Origin: Octopus vulgaris
Taxonomy: Eukaryota
Direction of reading: 5' to 3'
DNA length: 64,000 nucleotides
NCBI GenBank assembly: GCA_951406725.2
Contig: OX597829.1
Location: forward strand, 33,914,001-33,978,000
Part shown: piece after piece, positions 54,168-64,000 of the stretch
How the letters are laid out: every line of letters begins with the position of its first letter
Position numbering within the stretch: position 1 is the first letter of the stretch
Position numbers and translations under genes: made by a program
Notes under the pieces: model-generated
The model's input: the letters and a program-made list of their open reading frames with translations, nothing else
Databases searched by the model: none
Told to the model about the DNA's origin: nothing

Positions 54168-54207
54168 CCTAAACTTTTCATTGTGTCTTGCAACCTTTTC
54201 GATAGTC
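54168..54207 (-). ncRNA. Decayed minimal hammerhead motif (U3-A8 type) in a probable Penelope pseudo-LTR
   Basis: Minus strand: cta-TCGAAAA-g-gttgc-aagac-acaat-GAAA-ag-TT-tag, followed by AATAAA. U4C and stem II mismatches suggest it is inactive. Confidence 0.45.
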
Positions 54208-54239
54208 GTTCACTCTGTCCATTATTCACACTGCATTCT

Positions 54240-54800
54240 TTTTGTTTGTTTGTGTGCATGTGTGTGGGTCAGTGTGTGTGCACATACACATGTATGTATG
54301 CATGCATGCATGTGAGTATGTGTATACATCTATGTATGTATGTATGCATGCATGCGAGTTTGTGTATGCATCTATGTATGTGTGTGTGTGTGTGCATATG
54401 TATATATGTACATATGTGTGTACATTTGTATGTATGTATTCTGCATATTCATGTGTTTGAGTGTTCATGTTTGTGTGTTTTTATGTGTGTGTGTGTGTAT
54501 GTGTTTCTATGTATGTGTGTATCTCTGTCTCATTGTGTGTGTATGTCTGAGTCTGTGTGTGTGTATGGGTTTTTGTGCCTGTATGTATAGATGTGTGTCT
54601 CAATATGTGTCCTTTCTTGTGTGAAGTAAAGTGTGTGTGTATATGGTCATGTGTTTCAGTCTTTATTTGCATATGTGTGCTTGTCTGTTCCTATTACCTA
54701 TCTGTCTGTATGTCTATTTGTTTACATTCTTATCCATTTGCCTACATACATGTGCATATACATACACGTACACACACACAAACATGTATATATATACATA
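54240..54800. repeat. Degenerate (TG)n/(TATG)n low-complexity tract
   Basis: Direct reading. Confidence 0.9.
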
Positions 54801-54884
54801 ACAGCCCACTAACTATTCTACCAGTATATAAATATAAACTGTGGGTATGGGGGTATGATTACCTACTATGTATATTTTCTATTT

Positions 54885-55030
54885 AGTACTGGAGATGTTC
54901 ATTTATGAGAATGTACTCCTGTATTTGTCTGAGAGTTGGGTCCTTTGGGTGCTTGGATAAAATGCAGATGTCAAGTTGACCCAGGTTGACTCCATGTTTG
55001 TCCTTGGCATGTTCATAGACTATGGAGGAC
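54885..55030 (-). mobile_element. Probable Penelope GIY-YIG C-terminal fragment
   Basis: SSIVYEHAKDKH...ICILSKHPKDPTLRQIQEYILINEH resembles the S-x-x-x-EH-x-x-x-x-H...IL...R-x-x-x-E-x-x-x-I pattern of PLE endonucleases. Confidence 0.55.
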
Positions 55031-55403
55031 TTTTTTTTAAATATATTACAAAGAAATTTTTTTATCAAAAAATTGTAGATTCTTAATTTCTTATTTCTAA
55101 ATGTTCAAAACTATTTTTAAAAAGGCAGAGTGAAAATGTTAGAGGCTGGGTAAAATCCACACTTTGAACATCTAAATGCCCATATTTATCCACTAAGCAA
55201 GAGATATCTTGCTCAATAATCACCAGTAATTTTTCAAAAATTGCTTGAGAGATACATTGAAAGGATACACATGCACTATTTCACAGTGTATATTTTGTAG
55301 TAAGTGTGGATAGTTGTTAAGGATATATGTCTTTGTCAATATAGGTAGCTTATAATTTCAGACATGCATACATTCATACAGGTAAGTAAAATATTTCACT
55401 TAC

Positions 55404-55490
55404 TTTGACTGAATCCATATACCTTGCATACAGTTCCAGCAGAAATCCTAATGTCTGTTCATCTTTGTTGGCTAATACTTCAAGTTCATG
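55404..55490 (-). CDS. SNX5/6/32-like exon
   Basis: tattttag|CAT ... AAA|gtaagt; 87 nt, HELEVLANKDEQTLGFLLELYARYMDSVK. Confidence 0.85.
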
Positions 55491-56120
55491 CTAAAATATA
55501 AATTAAAAGAATAGATTTGTATGGTATTTACAATTTCAACTACATAACATACTGTTTTTTGGAGGAGAAAAGCAATAGTCTTACCTTTTCTATCCAGAGT
55601 TAAGTGTTAAAATAATCTATCAATATACGTAGAATGATAATATTTACAGTAAAATATTCTAAATTGATTTTTACATGACTTTCAATGCATTAGAAAATAT
55701 TAATAATTTATGTTTATTATTAAAACATTCATCATTATGACTGCATCTTTAGAGTTGCTAGTTTTTAAGAATATGCTAGTATTATATATTTGTTATTTTG
55801 GATAAATCACTTGTGCATATAAAGATAGTTATGGCCCTAATATTGGTTCACAAGTTTAATTTCTTTTATAATTAAAAAATATACCATTGCATTTGTCACA
55901 AACCTCTGTCAGGGAAATAAATTGTAAAAAAATTTAGAGTCATATTTTACACAGTTTTTCTAAAAGTAATGTTTGACATAAAGATTTTAAAATCATGTAA
56001 AAAATATATGTAAAAAAGTAAGTTTATTTATAAAAGCAAAGAATTAAAAATGAGAAACATCAGAAAAATATTTTTTAAAAATTAAAAAGCAAAACAAAAT
56101 GAAATTGGTAGGTAGCTCAC

Positions 56121-56160
56121 CTTATAATCATCCAGGCTTAAGCTAAAGCATGCCATAATC
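56121..56160 (-). CDS. SNX5/6/32-like 40-nt exon
   Basis: tcttacag|G ... AAG|gtgagc; phase 2 to 0, (R)IMACFSLSLDDYK. Phases match both neighbouring exons. Confidence 0.75.
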
Positions 56161-56459
56161 CTGTAAGAACAAATGAGATTAAAGTGAAATGCTAACTTCA
56201 GAAAACTGTCTGACTACCATTCAGGAAAACATGCATGTCAGGTAGATATACTTATGAAGAAATTATGGGAAGGACATATAGTTATGAATACTAAGTCTTT
56301 CCCTAATGGAGAATGTACCAACTATGTAAACCAGTGATGAACGGCATAATAGCTAGATACATTCAGAGACACAAGACACTTTGAAAAAGCCAGAAATAGC
56401 AGCTGAAAGATCTTTCAGCTCAGTGTAGGGCTAAAAAAGTACTAGGTGATAAGTATTTT

Positions 56460-56650
56460 AAGGCAGTGAACTGGCAGAATTATTAGCATGTTGGACAAAA
56501 TGCATAGCAGCATTTCTTCTGACACTTTACATTCTGAGTTCAAATTCTGTCAAGGTCAACTTTGCCTTTCATTCCTTTGGGGTCAATAAAATAAAGTGCC
56601 AGTCAAGCAGTGGGGGTGATGTAACTTGTATCCTCCCCTCAAAACTGTTA
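56460..56650 (+). mobile_element. SINE family B (Nin-domain-like)
   Basis: gagttcaaattc B box, then ggtcaactttgcctttcattcctttggggtcaataaaat. Confidence 0.75.
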
Positions 56651-57069
56651 TGCTTCAACCTTGTATAAGACTGGCACCCTGCTCAGTGGGAATATTGCAA
56701 GCTTGGTCACTTATATGCCATGAAAACCAGGTAACTGGCCTTATGGATCCTAGCATTCAAGGGAAAAAAATGTATTTTGAAAATACAGATCTATAACAGA
56801 GACAACTAATAGTTTCTACGAATAAAGCTATTATGGGTCACAACCCAGATCTGTGAATAGAGAAAGATTCATCCAATTGATTGTGTGTTAGCTTACATCC
56901 AATCAGATGTAAGCTAACATTGTTGTGGAATAGTATACCAGACAACACTATAAAAGCTAAGTAGCTCTGGAAATAATGGAAAAAAAAACATGAGGAACAA
57001 AGAACAATAATGGGTACCTAGAAGAGTGACTAGACATAGTAAGACACAGTTCAATAAGATACCTGGATA

Positions 57070-57660
57070 TCCCCAGAAAGTTTACATGTGAAATACATTT
57101 TACTTTTCAATTTACTTTAGTATACTATTTACAATTTTCTAGTCAGTTCACCACAGAAAGAACAGAAGTAAAATACATTTTGTTAACTACTTCACAATAG
57201 AATGTATATTGGTAAAATAAAATTTTCTTCTTATTTTACCATTAATAGTACATAGATAAAAATAATATACAGTTTTCTGGCAGATGGTAAGTATGTAATA
57301 TACAATAAAATTATCACTTTGCCATACATACATAAATTATACATTCAAAATAAAATTTATTGTCAATTCATCTCAGAATGCATACAGGTAAAATTAAATT
57401 GTGTGACAAGTTTATCCCAGTTTACAAATAAAATACAATCTCTAGCCAATACACTCCTGAAATTAAACAAGTAAAATAGGACCTGCTACCCAGTTCACCA
57501 CAGAAAGTATACAGGTAAAATGCAATACCAGACCAGTCCACCCAAGAATATGAGTAAAATATATTTTGAGGTGTACTTCATCTCAGAAGATCTCAGTTCG
57601 TCTCAGAAAGTAGGCAAATAAAGTACAGTTTGCTTCCCATTTTACTTCAGAAATTGTATG
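57070..57660. repeat. Degenerate minisatellite, unit about 40-45 bp
   Basis: Recurrent cagttca(c/t)c(a/t)cagaa(a/t)g..ca.gtaaaat at about 57144, 57188, 57365, 57492, 57533, 57575 and 57595. Confidence 0.7.
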
Positions 57661-57767
57661 AAGGAAAAGTGAAAGCACATAAGAATAAATAAACTAAAAT
57701 CACATTGAATGAGAGTTAGCAGTTATGATTAAATTTTCTCCACATTAAATATTTAGTAATTTTGTTA

Positions 57768-58137
57768 TATCCGAAGAGGGTCATTATGTCAATAATAGAT
57801 ACACACACTGGTTCTGTTTCACTTTTTTTTTTATTTGTCAATCAGTTAACTATTTAACCAATTAACTTATCGATTGTTTGATTAATCATTCAGTCATTCC
57901 ATCCAATATCTAGGTTTGTTAAAGTCAATCACCTTTTGTGACCTCATCAATGATTTGCCCTCTCTATTTCAGGTCTATCTCTGACAAAACTAGCAGTTTG
58001 ATTGATTGACTGAATGATTAACCAAACAATCAATTAGTTAATTGGTTGAGTAGTTAGCCAATTGACAAATAATAATGAAGAAATGAAACAGAACCAATGT
58101 GTGTGTTCATATTTGGCATAACAACCCTGTTTCAATA
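57768..58137. mobile_element. Long-TIR MITE with probable TA TSD (Tc1/mariner-type)
   Basis: Imperfect inverted arms of about 150 bp (acacacactggttctgtttca / tgaaacagaaccaatgtgtgt; taatcattcagtca / tgactgaatgatta), flanked by TA. Confidence 0.78.
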
Positions 58138-58304
58138 TAGGAGTTCACATGAAAAATCTTGCAGACTAAATACAAAAATGTAACATCTTTTAAATATATA
58201 TAATGAAAAAACAAATGAATACTTTTTAAAAAATCACATTCACTTTAAGTAAAATCTAGAGAAACTCATATGTAACATCATAAAAATCAGTCAAAATATC
58301 TCAC

Positions 58305-58389
58305 CTATTAGTTTTTATTGTTTCAACATCTTTATACAGTCCAGTCTGGTTGAGAGTTGTTGAAAAGTGGCAATAATGACCAGCCAATC
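58305..58389 (-). CDS. SNX5/6/32-like exon, the most 5' one confidently visible
   Basis: tttgatag|GA ... AG|gtgaga; 85 nt, phase 1 to 2. Only one frame is open: (x)LAGHYCHFSTTLNQTGLYKDVETIKTN(R). Confidence 0.72.
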
Positions 58390-58412
58390 CTATCAAATAA
58401 TAATAATAATAA

Positions 58413-58969
58413 GATTGACATAACTCTTCACAAAGGTAAACAGTCAAGATGAAGAGCGTGATTTGAATGTAATAGATATTTTATTGGTTGAACAATATTT
58501 CGACAGTAAGTCTGTCTTTGTCAAGTTCAAAATAAGTAGTGATAAAAATTCAAAATTACAGAAATTTAAATTTAAAGTACAAACAAGAGCAACCAGTGTC
58601 CACACGTTGATGGAATGACATCATCAGTCTTTAAGTTTAATCCATTGGCCCAGATTTGGGCACAGCACTGGGGTCTAGAAAAACTAACAGGGCTGACAAG
58701 CCAACTGTAAGAAGGAATAAAATGCAAAAGCTATAATTTACATTACGATTTTCCTTAGATACCTGGCTGCTTTGGTAACTTCCAGAATTTCATGTTCCAA
58801 TTCTTATTCTGTGTACCATAAAATCAATCATCTCAATCTATTTGATCTTGATATTTTAAAAGGATTGACGTAACTCTTCACAAAGGTACAACAAAACAGA
58901 CTTGCTATCGAAATATCGTTCAACCAATAAAATATCTATTACAATCAAACTGTGCTCTTCATCTTGACT
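58413..58969 (-). mobile_element. Non-coding Penelope-type/retrozyme-like element: 450-bp terminally redundant unit plus an inverted partial copy
   Basis: Direct repeat GATTGAC(A/G)TAACTCTTCACAAAGGTA at 58413 and 58863. 58442-58521 recurs inverted at 58891-58969. (AAT)n on both flanks. Confidence 0.7.
58488..58530 (-). ncRNA. Minimal type I hammerhead ribozyme motif, U3-A8 variant with an extra A after A9
   Basis: Minus strand: ttgaac-TTGACAA-a-gacag-actta-ctgtc-GAAA-ta-TT-gttcaa. Perfect 6-bp stem I, 5-bp stem II, palindromic ATAT stem III, then AATAAA 2 nt later. Confidence 0.68.
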
Positions 58970-59004
58970 AATAATAATAATAATAATAATAATAACAATA
59001 ATAA

Positions 59005-59365
59005 TCCTTTCTACTAAAGGCACAAGGCCTGAAATTTGTGTGTGTGGGGGGGGAGGGACTAGTTGATTACATCAACCCCAGTGTTTCACTGGTACTTAAT
59101 TTATCGACCCCAAAAGGATGAAAGACAAAGTCGACCTCACTGGAATTTGAACTCAGAACATAAACACAGACAAAATGTCGCGAAGCATTTTGCCCAGCCT
59201 GAAATTTGGGGGAGAGAGATAGTCGATTACATCAACCCCAGTGATCAACTGGTACCCTTTTTATTGACCCTGAAAGGATGAAAAGCAAACTTGACCTTGG
59301 CAGAATTTGAACTCAGAATGTAGCAAAAGACCAAATACTGCTATGCATTTCGTCTGGCATGCTAA
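59005..59365 (-). mobile_element. Two tandem SINE family B copies with (AAT)n tails
   Basis: gcctgaaattt...gattacatcaaccccagtg...aaaggatgaaa...gaatttgaactcagaa occurs twice. Confidence 0.8.
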
Positions 59366-59409
59366 CAACAACAACAGCAATAATAATAATAATAATGATA
59401 ATACATAAA

Positions 59410-60305
59410 CATAACTGAATAAGTAGTTATGTCTGCTAGGCAGTATGCCAACACTACAACATAAAAACTAACAAGAATCGGTATAAACATGTACCAAAGA
59501 AGGTACATGACAATGACCAGGCCGTAATCATCTGGGATACGCCTGCTTAAACTGACAAAAAATCAAAGCTAATCACCCAGGCATAATAATCAAGAATTGA
59601 AATAAAGAACACCTGCTTACTGATAGACATTCCAGTCCCTTCTGGCCAAAATATTACTCAAAAAGAAGTGGAAAACTGTCACAGTTGAAAATTGAAATAT
59701 TCAAGGTATGAGATGTGAAGGTAAGAATGATATCAGTAATAATTGGAGCACTGGGTGTGATAAAAAGAGTAGAAGTCATAACTAGACCCACACCAGTCAT
59801 CATCATGGCTCAGCTTTGCGAACAAAGATCAGGAAGGCTGTCCATGTCACGTGCATGCACGCTCATGACTGACAAGTCCGATGTGGGAAAGGCAGGTCCG
59901 TGAGCAGTGTTCACAGACGAAGGTAACATCCGGTGTGGTGTCAGAAGCGGCTCGCGCCTTCCTCCTGCATCTCTTGTCTTTAAGTGCATCTCTTCTTTGT
60001 TCCTCAAACTCGCTGACTGCGTTAAAGATCGTGTGGTGCCAGACATCACGGTCCGCAGCCAGGTCTGATCAGCATTGGTGGTTAATATGACATGCTGTTA
60101 GAGACTTCTTGAGGCAGTCTTTGTAGTGCTTTCTTGGAGCTCCTCTCACTCGGTGGCCGGCGGAGAGTTCGCCAAACAGGGCAATCTTGGAAGGCGATAG
60201 TTCTCCATTCTGGAGACATGCCCTACCCCTCGGCAGTACTCACTATCCAAAAAATAGGCCTACTAGGAACAGCCCTCATCATATGCAAGACATTATCAAT
60301 TCAAT
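59410..60305 (+). mobile_element. RLE-type (R4/Dong/NeSL-like) LINE 3' relic, split by an RTE insertion
   Basis: Fragments VIIWD, ANHPGIII, CLLIDIPVP, KEVE and ISVIIGALG; after the insert, IQKIGLLGTALII. Confidence 0.7.
59791..60228 (-). mobile_element. RTE-clade LINE 3' end, second family, with a C-terminal zinc-finger-like motif
   Basis: VGHVSRM...IALFGEL...RGAPRKHYKD...FVCEHCSRTCLSHIGLVSHERAC; very short 3' UTR and (TGA)n tail. Confidence 0.85.
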
Positions 60306-61134
60306 AGCACAACCCAAATAAAACAATCCAGAACCATAAGACACACTCTATACAGCAAATATCCAACATGTACTCTACATCCACAACATGTACTCTACAG
60401 GTCAGATACCCAACAGAAGAACACAACTCACATTACACACACAACATACAATACAAACACTAATACAACAAAAGACTCAAGCCAAACCCCATAAGAAAAC
60501 AAAAAGGAAGAGTTTTGTACTCTCCTCAAAACATAAAAAGAAGAACACACAATGCTGCACACACCTCAGCAACACAGAGGTGTAGAAGGTGATGTAGTAG
60601 AAATTTACCTGAAACTATCAAATGTCAAATAATTACATATTTTGTCTTGGGGCAATCTTTTGCAACAGCAAATATTCTACTCAATACAGCAGATTTGTTT
60701 GTCAGCTGCTTGACTTTAACCAATTGAGCATGTCCCTTAGTGGCTGATGATATGTACAGCTCTGATCATGAGCAGTAGTAGTGGGGGAGCACCATAGCTT
60801 TGGGTTGAGAGGAATTCTTTGGGGTTTGAATAATTCACCTCTGGAAACATGGGTGTTTTGTCCATCATCCTTAAACAACCCTTATTCAGGGATCTTTTGA
60901 GCAGGATGGGCTACTCAACTTGAAGAAAATTCTAATTGGGCCCACCTGTAAGGTCATGAACTGCTTATTTTGATATAAGATCACCATGTCATACACATAT
61001 GGTTGTGATGCATGTGCCTCGTGTACCCTCATTGAGTAGGTAGTCATGATGGGTATTATTGTTGGGCTTTGCATATTTACACCCTAGTGTCACTTTGATG
61101 GCATGCACTACTCTCCCACTCAGTAATAATAATG

Positions 61135-61168
<34 letters not shown>

Positions 61169-61174
61169 TAATAA

Positions 61175-61600
61175 TACTTTCTATTATAGGCACTGGAATT
61201 TTGGGGGAGGGGAATAGTTGATTACACTGACTCCAGTACTTGACTGGTACTTAGATTATCAAACCTGAAAGGATGAAAAGCAAAGTCGACCTCAGCAGAA
61301 TCTAAACGCAGAATGTTAAGATGGACGAAATGTTGCTAAGCATTTTGCTTGGTGTGCTAACGATTCTGCTGGATTGTAGCTTTTATATAATAATGATAAT
61401 GATAATGTTAATAATAATTGCTTCAAATTTTGGCTCAAGGCCAGCAACTTTAAAAGGAGAGGAATAATTGATTACACAGGCCCTTGAACTTCACTGATAC
61501 TTTATTTTATCAAGGCAAAAGAATGGAAGTCAAAGTTGACTTTGACAGCATTTAAATTCAAAATATAAAGAGCTGGAAGAAATGTTGTGAAGCATTTTCT
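61175..61600 (-). mobile_element. Two SINE family B copies
   Basis: gaaaggatgaaaagcaaagtcgacctcagcagaat and a decayed second copy; (AAT)n tails. Confidence 0.72.
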
Positions 61601-61621
61601 GTGATATACTAAGATTTTTAC

Positions 61622-62225
61622 AAGATGAACAGCCATGCTACATGGGTTGTGACTGCAGATGACATGTGAAGGCTTGAAGCTAGTATGCTCTGCTGGATGT
61701 ACAATGTTGGTATGCATATATGACAAAGTGTAAGCATCTTGAGAGAAAAATTAAGCACGAGAGGTATAAGATGTAGTGTGCAAGAAACAAGGCTGCACTG
61801 GTATGGTCATGGGATGCATATGGATAGGACAGCTGCATAAAGGAATGCTGATCTCTAATTGTGGAGGGAACCTGTGGAAGGAGTAGAGCCAGGAAGATGT
61901 AGGACAAGGTGGTAAAATTTGATCTTTGGATGTCAATTCCCACAGAGGTGATGACAAATAACTGAAACTTCTGGCAATTTGCTCTGCTTGAGAGAACTTG
62001 TCAAGCTAAGTGAAATTATGGTCATGGCCAGAGCTGGTGATATGTGAAAGGCACCAGTGTCAGTGACATATAAAAGACACCCATGCCAGTGACATGTTAT
62101 AGAGCAGTTGGATTTAGGAAGGGCATCCAGCTATAAACTGGAGCCTGGTGTAGCTCTCCAACCTACCAGCTCCAGTCCAACCATCTAACCCATGCCAGAA
62201 TGGAAAATAGATGTTAAATTATGAT
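61622..62225 (+). mobile_element. RTE-clade LINE 3' fragment, old
   Basis: acagccatgctacatgg...ctggtatggtcatg...gtggagggaacctgtggaag; ends with ...gatgttaaattatgatga. Confidence 0.75.
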
Positions 62226-63119
62226 GAAATATGTGGAAGGAGAATATTCAGTTATTTTGACACCAGTACTGGACTAGTATTTTATTATTACTGACTTTGG
62301 GTGAATGAAAGGCAAAACTAATTTCAACCAGATTTGAACTCAGAATGTATTATGCCTCAAGTCCATGGTCCCTGTAACTGATCATTTAACATAATACTTA
62401 TTTCTCCGTGTGTGCATATGTATGTATTCTTGACCCACTTGTCTTTTATTCTACCATAATTTTTGTTTTGTCCAACCCCAATACTAGGCTCTACACTAAA
62501 TCACTACATCCAGTCCTTTTCAGAATGTTAGTCCTCTGGAATTCCCTGCTTATTCATGTCTTTTCTGCAGGTTATTAACTTACAAAAGTTTAAGAGGAAC
62601 ATTAATGGAACCAATCCCACCAGCTTGCAAAGACCATGAGACTGCTCAATCCTCAATTTAACATGAAATTCTTCAAATATATCATAAATTCTCGTGGTTA
62701 GTAAATTTAGTTTTGCTCTCCAAAGACCTCCAAGTATTCCCCTTCTTACCTTTTACTTTTTCTACTAGATCTAACTCTAATTCTGAACAAGTAAGCTATA
62801 CAGGCATGACAAGGCAAATTCAAACATTCCTATTACAATCACACTGCTATGTTCAGGTATGTAAATAAAACAAAGCTACAAAACTATCAAATCTCATTTG
62901 GAAGTAAAAGAAAGTATCAGTGATATCAACATAAAGTGAAGAATACAAGATGCACCCAGACAAAAAAACCTAAACTAAATGATATGACATCTTCACAGAA
63001 GAGTATAACATCATCATCTAAGATACACTCATATACAAGATACAAAGTGGTATCAAAAGGTTCCCTGGACTAATTATGTTTATTAAAAAATAACTTGTTA
63101 ACTTAAGTTTTAACATCAT

Positions 63120-63670
63120 CTCCGCCAAAATTATCACCTTAGCCAGCAATACATCATTCCTTGCATTCTTGCCACTTTTGGTGTCTGGCCTGGAAGTTGT
63201 TTTCTGTAAGTGAATAGAGGACCTTCTGTGATTCACTCTTGATCTTGAACATGGTGTTAAAATGGCGACCTTTGATCTGCCTTTTCATCTTGGGGGAAGA
63301 GATGGAAGTCTGCATGTGCTAAATCTGGTAAATAGAGTGGGTGTGGAAGCGATACCATCTTGTTTTGGGTGAGAAACTCAGGAGTGAAGAGAACTCAGTG
63401 ACAGTATCCATTGAAGAATCCGATTCTTTGTGCTCCACATATCCAGTCACTTTCACTGAATGTCCTCCCTAACACACTTCAAAACATCACAGAACTCTCA
63501 ATTGATGGTCTGGCCTTGGGAGATGAATTACCAATGCACAATACCACATTTCCAGGGATGATGTTCATGGCTTCCAGGGACATTCTTCTGCTTCTGAAGT
63601 GCCTGTGCCACTTGAAACATTGCAAACAACCCACTACCTTGTCACCATCAACTTGTAGAAGCATTGTCAA
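63120..63670 (-). mobile_element. Internally deleted mariner relic
   Basis: [17 protein letters not shown] (HTH) and VSLPHPLYLPDLAHADFHLF...KMKRQIKGRHF. Confidence 0.8.
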
Positions 63671-63676
63671 TATGTG

Positions 63677-63743
<67 letters not shown>

Positions 63744-63794
63744 TGTATATATTCATATATATATGTATATTTATATATGCATGTATATATATAT

Positions 63795-63985
63795 GTGTGT
63801 CTGTGTTTGCCCCCCAACATTGCTTGACAACCAATGCTGGTGTGTTTACATCCCCGTAACTTAGTGGTTCGGCAAAAGAGAATGATAGAATAAGTACTAG
63901 GCTTACAAAGAATAAGTCCTGAGGTCGATTTGCTAGACTAAAGGCAGTGCTTCAGCATGGCCACAGTCAAATGACTGAAACGAGT
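63795..63985 (+). mobile_element. SINE family A, 3' half, after a (TA)n tract
   Basis: Near-identical to 18115-18305. Confidence 0.85.
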
Positions 63986-64000
63986 ATATGTATATATACG

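Noticed and set aside
57070-57660. CRISPR-like repeat-spacer pattern
   Set aside because: Eukaryotic intron, highly degenerate units, irregular spacing and no cas genes.
60640-61125. Segment ending in (AAT)n that looks like an interspersed repeat
   Set aside because: No ORF, TIR or in-window copy to support a family call.
62750-62782. Possible further sorting-nexin exon (LELDLVEKVK, donor AAG|gtaaga)
   Set aside because: Phase-compatible, but the acceptor is weak and there is no similarity to the expected SNX segment.

Overview
Eukaryotic, AT-rich, repeat-dense animal DNA. The SINE families, RTE LINEs and very long (TA)n/TG tracts suggest a coleoid cephalopod (Octopus-like); this is recognition, not a database result. 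Two spliced genes lie tail-to-tail. On +, the last three coding exons of CBP/p300 (420-3076) encode the HAT autoinhibitory loop, ZZ, TAZ2, NCBD and a 27-Q tract. On -, six frame-consistent exons (58389 down to 43931) encode the BAR domain of a divergent SNX5/6/32-like sorting nexin, which the ORF track largely misses. The rest is layered transposons: RTE and CR1/L2-like LINEs, an RLE-type LINE, Penelope-like elements, mariner/Tc1 relics, TTAA-flanked MITEs, a 1-kb foldback element with an 8-bp TSD, and SINEs. The most notable signal is three minimal type I hammerhead ribozyme motifs with unrelated stems (24356+, 54168-, 58488-). All replace the canonical C3-G8 core pair with a compensatory U3-A8 pair. 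One sits in a non-coding, terminally redundant 450-bp unit (retrozyme-like), in sense orientation just upstream of a splice acceptor. Transposon boundaries are approximate unless a TIR or TSD is quoted.
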